A stretch of 57,780 bases of DNA, taken from assembly GCA_000934665.2 (NCBI GenBank), contig JYFJ02002398.1, forward strand, positions 1 to 57,780, written 5' to 3'. Positions 37,569 to 50,883 of the stretch are shown here, piece after piece. How positions within the stretch are numbered: the stretch's first letter is position 1; each line of letters starts with the position of its first letter. Source of the stretch: Catajapyx aquilonaris (taxonomy: Eukaryota). The position numbers were made by a program, and so were the translations under genes. The notes beneath the pieces are model-generated. The model was not told where the DNA came from and searched no databases. It saw only the letters and a program-made list of their open reading frames with translations.

Positions 37569-39153
37569 TGTGGTTTGTACCGGTACCTTATTAACTTCCG
37601 AAAGCAAATAAGAAGCGAGTGAGAATGAGTCTATGAAGCCTTAGCCCTTTTATAGAAGCTGCCAGCAAAGGAAGGACACGTCAGATTCCATACAAAAAAA
37701 AAGTGACCCATCACCTACTGCAAGAGGTTGTCATTCGTGCAGGAAATAATAGGAAAAATTATTTTTTTTGTGGGTGTGATGTAAAGGGTGCTGTATACAG
37801 TGTAATCACGCACACTTAACGATTGCATCAAAGGAAGACGGGATTAATTTTTATAACGAATGATTTTATTGGACATAGGATTCATTTCAATAGTATAAAT
37901 TGAACAATTTGTTGTACAATTGGAAACAATTTGTCAGAAGTCACATGTAGTTCAATTTGTCAAATTTTCGGATGTATAGTGACATTGAGGTCACTGTGTG
38001 CACATCGTTGCATAATGTACTGTACAGTGCTGTGTAATTAATTATGTGCATTGTCAGCATGACATCACACTTCACAATGCAGGTGACGTAATGACAGTAA
38101 TCAACATGGATTTTTTAAATTAATTTATTTTATATGCATTTGCTTATTTTTCTATCAGTATGGTACACAACTTCACTGCGTGTTCTTTATATACTTATTT
38201 TCATAAACATGTTTGCGTTGTTCGTTGACTACAACATCTCTCGGAAAATTCCCCCATGCTCAGACTTTGATAATTAGACGTAATTACAGTATAAAATCAT
38301 ATTCACTGTAAGATCATGATCGTGTCTGATGCACGCTGAGGGAGAACATAAAAATGCGCAGTGTACAGTACTTGTGAAAATTTTGCAACTGTATGAAAAT
38401 AACTGCACCAGTACATCATGGTATGTATTATAAGCAATATTGTTGCCTTGGAAAACAACAATAATCAGGTTTCTATTAACTGTTGTGGTATGCATATATG
38501 CAGAGTGTTATAGGCACACCCTGTACTTATGTTTTATAGGCTCAGTGACCCTTTGTTATGTCACTTGAGTTTTTGAAATTTATGCTGATTTATTGCATAA
38601 GTGGCCTTGAGGTACTGGTACAGCCTGAAGCATTTATTGTTTCAGACATTTGCCTTGTCATCAGATTATGATCTAACATGGATAATATGCAAATTGTTAT
38701 TCTGTAGATGTAAGGTAAATGTGACGTTTCGGTTTCATGCCGACAATGCAAATGTAGCCTACATGAACAATAATTGTGGGCCTGTTAAAAATCTAAACTT
38801 TATTATAAAATAACAATTGTCAAAAATTGGCGTAAATCGACGTTAGTTTGATGGCCAATTTGCCAAAAAAATTAATGCAATTATCCGGATATGACTTATT
38901 CGACTAAATCGACATTACGTAAATCGCCCATTTGCCAAAAAAATTTAATGCAATTATCCGGATGGGACTTATTCGATTATCCGTTATGCAATTAACCGAA
39001 TTTTCCTGTATTTGCATATTTTCAAGAAAAATTAAGCCTAGTAGCTTATTGTGACGATCTGGTGAGGCTTAAAATGAATCCAAATAATAAAATACTGTTC
39101 ACTATATTACATCTTCACGTATACAAATCGAACTCCATTCGATCTACAATTAT

Positions 39154-41075
39154 TTAAAGGACTGCGAACTCCTCCGGTTCCTCTCCTTTGTTGAACTTGG
39201 CCAAGACCCTCTTGTAATGCTCTGGATAATTGTGCTTCAAAGTCCTTGCGATCTTGAAGACTTTCTCTCTCTGCTCCTTAGTACAAGACTCACATCTGTC
39301 TTCGATTCCATATGGGATGAGATCTGGAATGAAAGTAACTTAAGTAATTATAAGGAAGTGGACCACAACTAATTTATTTCCTGTCACGTCAATCTCAATA
39401 GAAGAGTGCGTGTGCCTTGTTGTATGTTGGTGAGGTGCAATGCATTCCGTATTGCGTGTTCGACATTAGGATTATTGACTTCTCAACAACTTTCTAATCC
39501 AGCCTCGTTTTTTTTAAGCAATAGGCGAATCCCTTTTTCCTCTTTGTTGTGCGTGCCTCTTTTGTTGCTTTACAAGCTCGTGATCCGCTGGGTTTTTTTG
39601 GTGGGAATGGGCAATCTCATTGTTAAGCTGTTGTGTGACAATATATGTCTTCATGTGTGCTAGAATCATTTGAAATGAACATTAACTAACAAAATTATTG
39701 GCTTAAGTTAAAACGTGTGCAAAAATAATATTGCCCCAAAAAAATGTTAAACAAATCACATGGGCTTTTAAAGTCCAAATATTCGTTTCTAGTGAGGAAA
39801 TACAATAATTATGGCGTGATGCAATTTAGAAATTAGTTTGTCAAGGACAGGGTCACTCCCACACTTTTCACCAGCTCAAATGTGTGAGAAAAAGTGTCAA
39901 CCCTATTGTTACGTATGCAAATAACAGCTTGCTGTTGGGTGTCATCGTACCGAGTAATGTATGCAACACTTTTGCTTTTAAAAAGAAACTCCAGTTTCAA
40001 GTGTACCGTATGAGCTTTCGTATGAAGATTCCTTTTTTTGTGGAAAATCCAGTTTACACAGTAACTTTTGCCTGTTGACCCAGTTAAACGGGTCAGGTAC
40101 ACAAAACGTATGTTTCTCCTTACCTTACATATTTTTATTGTATGTTGGTATTCAAATTTGTGAGACATTAAAATATGTACTGGTATGTCTCTATGAAATA
40201 ATGCCAATTTAGCAATGATATTTAAGAAATCAAATTTATACTTTACAATCATAATTTGAACATTTTAGAGGTATGACCTCTAAACAACAATTTCGAAGGT
40301 AAAATGAAAAATATCCAAAAAAATATTATAATTTTTTAATCTGAAAAATGTAGGCTTAATAAAATTATTCTGAATATATTTTATATCAAATATTGCAGCT
40401 GTTTTTGAGAAAAAAGAAACTTGTATCATTCCAGATAAATGACCACATGTAAAGGGTGTTCAATTATTGCACATTTAAGCAAAAATTGCATTTTAAAAAT
40501 TATATTAAATAATAACATTTTTGACGTCTAAACTAATTCAAATTGCATTTAACAAGAGAAACGTTTCGGCAGCATATATTTTAATCGATAAATTTCCAAA
40601 ATAATATCCAAAAAGCCAAAGTTCATGTTGGAAATATGTATTTTAATAAATATACTTATTTTGCCATATTTAGAATAAGGAGGTTCATCAAAATAATAGT
40701 AAATATGTTTTTCTGATTAGAAAAATTAAAGCTAATTTTAAAGTAACAAACTGATCATTTATGATAATTATGTAATATATATTTTTGTCATTTGCTTACA
40801 AAAGTGATCCAACATAGATGCAAGATATCTGAGGCCATCAACCCAAAGGGCCTACCCCAACAAATAATACCTTTGATCTGCTTTCCAAGTCCATCGCATG
40901 GCCCTTCCTGGAGGGCACAGTTGACCAGAGAGTTGACCACCTGCTTCTTGCTCAGAAGAGGATCCAAGTTAATCTTCTCCAGTCGTTCCAGGGCCAGCTG
41001 CTCCCTGGATGACCTCTGACACCGCACCATAAGGAGCGGACAAACCACCAGAAGCAAGAGGAAGACTGACTTCAT
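39154..41075 (-). CDS. Chemosensory protein CSP-N (~124 aa)
   Basis: Exons 41075-40871 and 39323-39154. VNCALQEGPCDGLGKQIK | DLIPYGIEDRCESC...FNKGEEPEEFAVL*. Confidence 0.92.
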
Positions 41076-41794
41076 GACTGATCAAGACAAGAAAGGCAAG
41101 CCACGTGGGGGGCTTTCACCTTCTTATACCTCTTACAATACCCCCCCTCCTCTTCTACCAAAAAATGGTGCCACTTATTTGGCCAATGTGTGAACAGAGG
41201 GGCCTCCACCTTGAGAGTTTAACTTCTGTGACGAAACATTAGTGGTGGGTGCTATTTTTTGAACAGTGTTTTCACTTGACCTTTCCGCAGGGCAAGACAC
41301 GTGTGTGTGTTTTTTTCTTTTTTTGATGCAATTTATGCTGGACAGAAATGGGGTGAAAGTTTGGAAGGGGGACCAGTTGGCCATTGTTAAGAGACATGCA
41401 AATGAGCCTGTCAGCAGCCTTGCTTTTTCAATTTGCATGAGGCAAGTCACGGTGTGATTTTGCGGTATGGTAATGTGGTAGTGAAACAATGGAGTTGACC
41501 GTAAGGAGGCAGGCACTTTGATGACACATGCACTGCAAAAGTGGTTGACATTAGTCAGTCATGTCATGTCCTGTTGCTTCACTACATCAATGCCTGATGG
41601 GTGAAAGTGACATGCAAATATGTGGGGATAATTCGTCAAGAACTGACTGCAATAATAATGAACTATGACCTTGAAATTCTTGTCAATGAATGCAATAATT
41701 TTGTCATAATAATATTTTATGTCAAATTTGGAATATTTAAGCTTTTATGAACATAACCAGCGACGGCCAATTACGAATATTATTCATACCGTAA

Positions 41795-42625
41795 ATAATA
41801 AATTTAATAAACAAATAAATTTAATTAATGATTAAACAAAGTAAATAAATTTTATGAGAAAATAAAGTAAATAAATTTTATGAGCAAATAAATTAAATAA
41901 ATTTTATGAGAAAATAAATTAAACAAATTAAATGAATATATAAATTATATAGATTAAATAAATTAAATAAATCAAATAAATTACATAAATTAAATAAATG
42001 AATATATAAATTAAATAAATCAAATAAATTAAATAAACTAATATATAAATCAAATAAATTAAATAAACTAATATATAAATCAAATAAATTAAATAAACTA
42101 ATATATAAATCAAATAAATTAAATAAACTAATATATAAATTAAATAAATCAAATGAAATAAATGAATATAGGCTATAAATTAAATAAATTTATGAAAAAA
42201 TAAATTCATCAATTTCTTAGATTTCACGAATAAAGAATTTTCATGGATAAATAAATTTCACCAATAAATAAATCGTTAATAAGTAAATAAATAAATTTGG
42301 TAAATTTCATAAATATATAAGTAAATAAATTTTATAAATAAATAAGCCAATAAATTTTATAAATAAATGAGTCAATAAATTTTATAAATAAATAAGTCAA
42401 TAAATTTTATAAATAAATGAGTCAATAAATTTTATAAATAAATAAGTCAATAAATGTTATAAATAAATGAGTCAATAAATTTTATAAATAAATAAGTCAA
42501 TAAATTTTATAAATAAGTAATAAATTTGCTACAAATAAGTAAATATTTCATAAATGTTAAAAATTAATTCCATAAAAATCACTTTCATAAAGAAATTTTT
42601 CAAATAAATTAATAATAAATAATTT
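41795..42625. repeat. AT-rich minisatellites (30-bp and 26-bp units)
   Basis: AAATCAAATAAATTAAATAAACTAATATAT and AGTCAATAAATTTTATAAATAAAT(A/G)A units. Confidence 0.85.
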
Positions 42626-43796
42626 TATTATTTTTGGCAATTTGTTATACACGAAAAAAAATTAAAATTTTGAGAGGCATACGATTCCAAACAAATATTT
42701 GTGACTTTTCTCTTCTAAAATTTCACTTATCTGCAAAAATCAGCAGTAAATAAATAACAAGTTGTTTATCCCTAGTCACGCATTGTTGTCAGCACTAATA
42801 AAACAACGAGCTTTTTTATGTTTGCTATCACGCAAATCTTATAATAACCCAACCATAAAAACTGAACATTTTCTAACAGTTGTTAAAATTTTAACGACTA
42901 TACTTTTGCCAATCATTATGCAACATATTGACTCTTCATGACTCCTGATCAGATATCGACAAGTGAAAGGGAAAACAATAATTTTTACTTGAACGCACTG
43001 ATTTTCCGCGCTACATTCTAGAAAGTTACTCTCAATTTTTCCACCTTAATAAATAGGCCATTGCCTCAGTCCCTAACTGATAAGTGTCACCAACTTAACC
43101 AGTACGGTAAGTACCGTAATTACACTTGGTTTCTTCCTGTACATGTTTTTACCATGAAAATGCAATAGCACGTGACAACAGGTTGCAATGAGCCGGAAAG
43201 TGACTCAAGGGTATACACAGCTTCATTTCAACACCCAGGTCACACATCTTTTGAAGAACAAAAGGCAACCATATCGCGCAAGTTTTGAGGTGAAAGCTTG
43301 GTCTTCTGTCTGGCCAAGTTCCATCCTAGGCCACGGCTCATTGGACCATTTATGGCCGGAGGTCCATTGCAACATTAATGTTCTCGTGTGGCAACACTTC
43401 CTTTTTAGCTGTTCGAGGGCGTGGTTGGCTACTGGCATGTTGCGGCCCCAAATTCTTTCCGGGTGGTGGTTGAGTAACCACGGTTGATTTAACACGATAA
43501 ACCGGCCAGATTTTGTAGAAAAATTGGGTTATGTATATGAGGAACTTATTGGTGAAAAAATTTGGATCAAACATGGCTGAAAAATCTGGATTAAACATGG
43601 CTGCCTTCAGTAAATGTGGATTAAGCATTGCTCTAATAGCAGTAAATTTGGAGTAAACATGGCTGCCTGCAGTTTATCTGGATTAGATATGGCTACCTTC
43701 AATGAATGTGGATTAAACGTGGCTACCGGTACCTTCAGGAAAATTAAACTTGGCTACCTGCATAAAATTTATGCAGCAAAATTTATAAAATATACC

Positions 43797-43900
43797 ACTA
43801 CTACTATTACTACTACTACTACTACTACTTCTACTACTTCTACTACTACTACTACTACTGCTACTGCTACTGCTGCTACTACTACTACTACTACTACAAC

Positions 43901-43976
<76 letters not shown>

Positions 43977-43985
43977 AATATAAAT
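43797..43985. repeat. (CTA)n/(TAA)n compound microsatellite inside a degenerate CTGGATTAAACATGGCTG repeat
   Basis: Direct reading; flanking units at 43560-43760 and 44085-44165. Confidence 0.9.
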
Positions 43986-44296
43986 AAGTCAAATTAATCA
44001 ATTACTTAATTAATAATAAATAATAGTAAATAATAGTAAATAATAAATTTATAAATTTAGGCAGCAATGATTAATTCATGTTTAATATGAATTAAACATT
44101 GTTGCCTTCAGTGAATCTGGATTAAACATGGCTGGCAGCAGGAATCTGGATTAAACATGGCGGTCAGTCAAAAAATGTTGCGGACACTTGCACCTGACAA
44201 AAAGCAAAATGAACACTACTCATTAAGCTTCATATCTTATTTTATTTCTTTAAATGTCCGATATTGACATTGTTGGCCTCAATTATTGTTGATTGG

Positions 44297-44711
44297 TTAT
44301 CGGCCACCGAAGAGCAGGCTGGATTGTTGGTATCGGGCCAGAAGGTCTATCCATGCCTGAGGGTAGTTGGTCTTGATAAAGTTGATCATTCGAGTTGCTT
44401 TGGTGTGCTGATCTGTTGTGCAGATGGCGCAATTGTTGTTCAGCACCATTGGCAAAATGCCTGACGAAACAACAATACTTAATGATACAAAAATATCGCT
44501 ATAAATATTTTTCCCAATTAAAAATAAGACACTTACGTATGACCTCGTTTCCAATCCTGTCGCATGGTCCACCGTACACAATACAGTTGATCTGTCCCTC
44601 CACCATCTTCTTGTTTTTCAGGATAATGTCCACATTAACATTGTCCAGGACACTACTGAATCCCCAGCACAAGTCCAGCAAAAGCAATAGGAAAACGTGC
44701 GTCTTCTTCAT
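44297..44711 (-). CDS. Chemosensory protein CSP-O (~112 aa, most canonical member)
   Basis: Exons 44711-44537 and 44460-44297. LDNVNVDIILKNKK..QINCIVYGGPCDRIGNEVI | RILPMVLNNNCAICT..Q...FIKTNYPQAW. Confidence 0.93.
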
Positions 44712-44916
44712 CTTTCACCCCAAAAGTGGCTTATTTTTGGGGAATTTTGGCCAGGAAAGTGGCTAGGAGCCGGATTGTCTGAAGGATTTCACTAGCAGAC
44801 CCCGAAATAGATCATAGATAGTGTCGCGAGTTTCACTTGATGACACCCTGTAGGCTAGACTGGGATCATTAACATTCTAGCTATTTGGTATGTTCATAGT
44901 GTGTTGCTGGTGATGC

Positions 44917-44917
<1 letters not shown>

Positions 44918-44989
<72 letters not shown>
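44918..44989. repeat. (ATT)n microsatellite
   Basis: Direct reading. Confidence 0.95.
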
Positions 44990-45643
44990 GCCATCAATTG
45001 AGTGTCCTTGCAACCAACAAGCGACGTGTGAACTGTTTTCTGAGAAAACTTCCTCATTGCCACGAGATGCCCCTCATTTTGTTTCATAAGACTAATTAGG
45101 CCTATCATGTGGGTGGACAAAAAAATTCGTCTTATAACCTTGCTTATCAGCTTCTCAATTTTAAAAGTCGACGTTTCCAAGAAGTTCAGTACGTGACAAT
45201 ATCAAGGACGCTTGCGATGACGACGTAGTTGGCGTCGATGCAAGATTTGTTATTCATTGTTCAAGTTTATGAGCTATACTACCTGCACTTTATTTTTTTA
45301 TTGAAGATTAGTTTACCTGCTGTGAATTAGTAATAAATTAATTAATAATCTAAATAAATATTTATTAACTGTTTAGACTACTTACTTAAATAAATACAAA
45401 TACAGTAGTATAATATTTATTTACAAATCTATTTATGAATTAATTTAAATATGAATTTCTGAATTTTTCATTTGCGAAATTATTTAAATATGATTTTACA
45501 ATTTTTTTCATTTGTGAATTTATGCATTTATTTATGTATTCTACACTTATTTATAAATATCAATTAAGCTTACATCTATAATCGACACGTTTATTTAGGT
45601 CGTTTTTAAAATTGATTGGCTTATATACTAACTATACAGTATA

Positions 45644-45985
45644 ATAATAATAATTAATAATTGGGTGTAGGCGTACCCCTATTGGGGTTTTGCCGGACCT
45701 TTATTATTAATTGTCTGTTACAACTGGATCCTACTTATACAGCGCCCGGGCCCACGGGCAGGAAGGGATGACAGGAGGGGATGTGCAAGTGCAGTGCCTT
45801 GTCCGCATGTGGCCGTTTTGTGAGCTCCCCCGGGTGGATTAGTCTACGGATATTCCACCCGAGACGAAGTCAGAGACGACACTTTACTCTGCACGAGATG
45901 AAGGGGGTGTCCCCGGGCCGGGATCGAACCCGGGACCTTAACATCCGTGGGCGCGAACGTTACCGTTGCGCCACTTCGCCTCCCT
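45644..45985 (-). mobile_element. tRNA-derived SINE family 3
   Basis: A-box TGGCGCAACGG and B-box GGTTCGATCCC; GC-rich body; ATT-rich tail; 13-bp target-site duplication ACTATACAGTATA at 45631-45643 and 45986-45998. Confidence 0.85.
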
Positions 45986-46446
45986 ACTATACAGTATATA
46001 ATCATACGATATTAATTTCCCTGTTTATTTATTTATATTCATTATTATTTAAAATGTATTAAAATTCATTAAAGGTTAAGCTAAAATTGCGAGAAATGTT
46101 CATAGCAAGTATTTGCCTCAGCATATTGTTAAGTTAACTACCGTGTGCTTCATAATTTAGCTCACATCCGTATCGGTGGATATTTAGTGGACTTGAATAT
46201 TTCCAGTGTACTGCATAGAATCAGGCATACTGAGTGTGCTGTAAATAAAATAATTTCCAAGACAATCCATGGCACACTCTACGGTGACAATAATGAGTGT
46301 CCACGAAATTATTACCGATAAGAATGTGGGCTGAATTATGAACCACACGTTATAAACATGAATTAAACGCACATTGTTTTTTATGGAAAAAAGTGGTGTA
46401 TTTAAACGATAAACAACTGACAGAACATGAACAAAAAAAAAGATCT

Positions 46447-49246
46447 CTACGATGGCGGTAGTATCGTCGTTGCGTTGTCCGCTTCTCTGTCCGTGGCGCT
46501 GGCCGCGTTGTCCCTGGACGGCTCCCTGGACACAGGCGTGGTCTGTCCGAATCTTCTGACCCCTTCGTTCCACGCTTCAGGATGGTTCTGTTGTATGTGA
46601 GCAACTATCTTCCCTGCCTTTTTGCGCAGCTCAGGCGAACAGTGGTGGCAGCCATTTCTGATCAGCTCAGGAATCACTCCTAAAAATAGTTAGGTCAGGT
46701 CAGGTCAGGTGACCAATTAGTTTAAGCGGGTATATTACAATCTCTAATATAATTGTAATTATTAAACATGAATTTTTAAGAGAGCAAACAAGATGACTGT
46801 CCGTCTTGTGGCGCCACCAACGAACGTTATTGTGGCTTTGCCAGACCCATATATTGTTCCAACAACAATGTTGCCAGAGTTACTAGCTCCCATAGCCTGT
46901 TCTCGGCACGTCACAAACTTCGCCCCCCCCCCCCCCCCCCCNACGGGCAGCGTTGGAAATAAGTGCAGCGGAGTTCACCAACTATATAAATGAATTTTTA
47001 AATGACCGCAACTGAGTGCGCAGCACAGTTCACGCAAATCGTTCAGGAGGTAACAATATGGCCGACGTTTGCGACGTTGCCAAGGCTCTGGAACGAACCT
47101 TAGAGGCTACCTGAGAAGTAACTGTGGCAACGTTGTTGTCTGAACAATTGAGTGCGCGAGTTTGGGTGCGCACTCGGTTGCCTCTAAGAAGAGAGTCTCC
47201 AACTTGTGACGCCAGGTCGTCTCTGATTGGCTGGAGTAATTTTGGACAGTTTACGTGTCCTATATGGAGGCCGCCATCTTCCTTTGCTATGGACACGGTA
47301 TTCTAAAACCGTGGAAATAGTGGCTGGCTCTGACGTCATGGCCACTGTTTCCACTCTTTTAGAATATCGTCGTCAGGATGGCAGCCTCCATAGGACACGA
47401 ACATTCCAAAATGACTCCAACAAATCAGAGACAACGTGACGTCATAAGTTGGCGACTCTCTTATTAGATCCTCTCTAGGTTGCTCTCGTAAAAAAAATTA
47501 ATCCATAGCCATCATTGGTAATGCCAACCCTGCACGCTGCGCAAACTGCACTGCGCACTCGATTGCGTTCATTTAAAAATTCATATTTGGACGATTAATT
47601 TTTAAATATGCTCTTGGGGTGCCCGAATATCCCGTGGACATCCATGGAATATCGGGCTGGACATCCTCTAATTGCCAAGTTTCATCCATAGGATGTCCGT
47701 GGGAATGTTTGCAGGCATTCGATATACCTTCTGGCAAAACTGGTTTTTAACATCTTTCTAACTTTTCCCCCCGCAATTTTTTTTATATTAATTATAATTG
47801 TTGTTGCGCCGTGTGTGAGAGCAGTAAGGGAAAGTGGATTATGTAAGGTTCGTGCAGTCGTAACGTGCGAGGAAGTGAGTGTAAACAATCGGGGGTTCGG
47901 AGAATACCTAATGAGACTCGGAAGCTTCTGAGAGGGTGTCTTAGGACCGGTTGTACTGTAATAAATTATTACAACGGGGGGGAGATCGGCCCTATACCTG
48001 GAGGCAGAGAAATTGGGCAGTTTCACTGGAATTTCACCCTTCAAAATAAGGAAATAACTGCGTAACAGTTGCATTGCATATTGTTACGTCAAGTGACTTC
48101 AATTAACAAGTGTGACGTGGTCGTTTGGTGTTACAGTCAAACAAGTATGTAACGGACAGTTTCATTTACAAATAATAGGAAAGGTATTTGTCAATACTCA
48201 ATTTGTGAACAAGCAATAAGCGTTGAGGTATCGTTCACGTTATTGTTACCGTTTACGTATACGTTTATGTTCACGTTCCCATTACAATTCACGTCTTCGT
48301 TTACGTTTACCTTCACTTATAGTTCACGTTTAGCCTACGTTTACGTCTACGTTTACGTTCACATTATAGTTCACGTCTTCATTTACGTTTAGCCTGCGCT
48401 TACGTTCACGTTCACATTATAGTTCACGTCTACGTTTACGTTTAACCTACGTTCACGTTTACATAGTTCACGTCTACACACGTTTACGTTTAGCCTAGCT
48501 TTCAAGCTACAATTCACGTTCACATTCACGTGTACGTTTACGTTTAGGCTACGTTCACGTCTACGCTTACCTTCAAGTTACAGTTCACGTTTACGTTGAC
48601 GTTTAGACTACATTTACGTTCACGTTTAGCCAACGTTTACGTTCACGTTATAATTCACGTTATAATTCACATATACGTTCACGTTATAATTCACATATAC
48701 GTTCACATTATAATTCACATATTATACGTTCACGTTATAATTCACGTTTATGTTTAAGTTCGCATCATCATTTACGTTCTCGTAATCGTTCCCCTGGTGC
48801 TACTTACCAACCAAAAATCCGCCTACATCTCAGAACACCCGCACAGGCTGTCGCTTGGGCACCCCTGAATATTAATACCATAATCTTAATCAATCAGATC
48901 CGCCCCCGCCACCACCACCTCCCTATGTCACACTATGTCACTGACCTCTCAACCACTTGCCAATGGGATCGCAAAACTGCGTGGCTCCAGTGGCGGCCAG
49001 GACACACTTGATCTGGAAATGCACTGCCCTCGTGTTCTTCAGGTAGTCGTCCACGTCCACATTGCTCACAAACGACGGCAAGGTCTCGTCGTCCAGACTG
49101 CTCAAGTCGACCTCCTCGTCGTCGGACAGTGTCACACTTTCGTCGGACACAGGAGTGGTGGCAGGAACATCCTCGATGGACGCTCCCAATCCACTCCTGC
49201 AGGATAGGGACAGCAGGAGCAGCAGGAGCACAAGTCGGGACCACAT
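46447..49246 (-). CDS. Chemosensory protein CSP-P (~177 aa; N- and C-terminal extensions)
   Basis: Exons 49246-48946 and 46679-46447. NVDVDDYLKN..QIKCVLAATGATQFCDPIGKWLR | GVIPELIRNGCHHCSPE...NHPEAW. Confidence 0.88.
46989..47588. mobile_element. Inverted-repeat element(s) in the CSP-P intron
   Basis: Outer TIR ATGAATTTTTAAATGA.CGCAA..GAGTGCGCAG / CTGCGCACTC..TTGCG.TCATTTAAAAATTCAT; inner inverted arms ~47188-47280 and ~47377-47462. Confidence 0.7.
48230..48780. repeat. Degenerate 6-bp-based satellite (TTCACG/TTTACG)
   Basis: Direct reading. Confidence 0.85.
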
Positions 49247-49704
49247 CCTGAATGTTGATGGCTCCTGGTTAGAAGGGTCCAGGGCCTTTAAATGTCTGTC
49301 CGGAAACTGCTTTTCCATCGGGCCTGTGTCGAGACTGGCTGGGAAACCACTTTTCTCTTCGGAATGTAGGTCTCTCTCCAACAGGGGAAAACATACGGCC
49401 TTTTTCCCACATTCTTTGAAGGGAGCTGGTTTAGACGTGTCTTTTGCATACACACACGTGAAGATGTACGATGGGAAGCTTCTCGCACATGTAGTGTCAT
49501 ATGTGAAGTAATGTTATTTGTGGTGTTAATGCGAAACTTTAGGTGCGCTATCGTGGGATCTGTTCGTTTTAGGTGGAGGTGTCTCGTACGTGTTGTTTCC
49601 AAACCTGAGGAGAAGAATGGGTTGCAGGCACGCGATGGTGGCCAACAACACCCACAGAAAGTTCCTCTTTTAAAGAAATAAATAACTATAAAAGTGCCAC
49701 TCAA

Positions 49705-49763
49705 CGGCCCCGGCCACACTACAGCCGGCCCCGGCCACTCTACAGCCAGCCCCGGCCACTCTA
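49705..49763. repeat. 21-bp tandem repeat x3
   Basis: GCCCCGGCCAC(A/T)CTACAGCC units. Confidence 0.85.
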
Positions 49764-50883
49764 CCATATCATCCATAATAATAATAATTATTTCGTGTAA
49801 CCTGACCATAATGACGTAATACATTGCACAGTCTGTTACTTACCAATGTACGAGGAAATATAATTTTGCTGAATGTGATTACATGGCATTAATACAGTAC
49901 GTTATTGCAACCGGTATGAATAGCAGTGTGCAATTATTGCTTTCATTTTTCTTTCCAACCTTAGGAGAAACTGGGTTGGGTAACAGTGCAGGATATGGTC
50001 AAGGTCAGTCTTTGAGATTTCGGATGAATGATAAGCCTAGAGAGAATAAAGAGATTCTCGATTTCTAAACTCCTTGAGAGACGCCTTGAATTTTTCCCGA
50101 ATTTCAAATAAGCATTTGGACACCATTTTTTTGGGCACGTTTAGTTGTGCAGTGCTGCAAATTGCAGTGTTCATTACTTTTCATGCACATGTCAAGTGGA
50201 TCTTACTCATGATAAATGTGAAGAAACGCCTGCTAATGGTGCCCCATTTTAAAATAATTGGCATAATATCACAAGGGCCTACCTAATCAGTAATAACTAT
50301 TAGCAATAATAAATTAATGATCAGGGAGGGAGGGCCTGTAATTTTCCATTTAGCAACTTACTCATTTTGACAGTGTGTTTTCTGCAATATCTATATCTAC
50401 AAAAGGTTGCTTATGACTAACAAATAAGTCACACTGCTTCGGATCAGATTTATTTTATTCTATGGCTTGGGTATACAGTTTGTGAAAATGAAGAAAAAAA
50501 ATCAACTACAAAGACATCATACAGATTGGAAAATGACATGTTTGGATGGCTTATTATTCGCATATATGTAAGGCACTATCCAAAACTAAAATTTAAATTT
50601 AAAAATGAACATTCTACACAACTTGAACTATTTTCTATTGAAAGTTGATCTGAATACTAAGCATTTATTGTGAGTAATAATATTATTATTTTGGAATAAT
50701 AAACTCCACCAGAAATGCAGGTCTAGACAATAAAAGAAAACTCTCAGCAAATTAATAATAAAGATATACGGAGTCAACTTACAAGTGACATACCCCTGTA
50801 AAGTGAATGACAATGATTAACTATGTAATTATTGTAATAATTGCAGATATGCATATCTCAATAATGCATCCAGATTGCTAGGC

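Noticed and set aside
41928..42152. Hydrophobic ILVYLIY-repeat ORF (also 9730-10270)
   Set aside because: Translation of an AT-rich minisatellite.
49247..49453. Longer N-termini from upstream starts in the ORF track (also 14676, 18107, 24234, 26849, 30673)
   Set aside because: The downstream ATG directly precedes a signal peptide, and TATA-like elements lie within or just upstream of these extensions.
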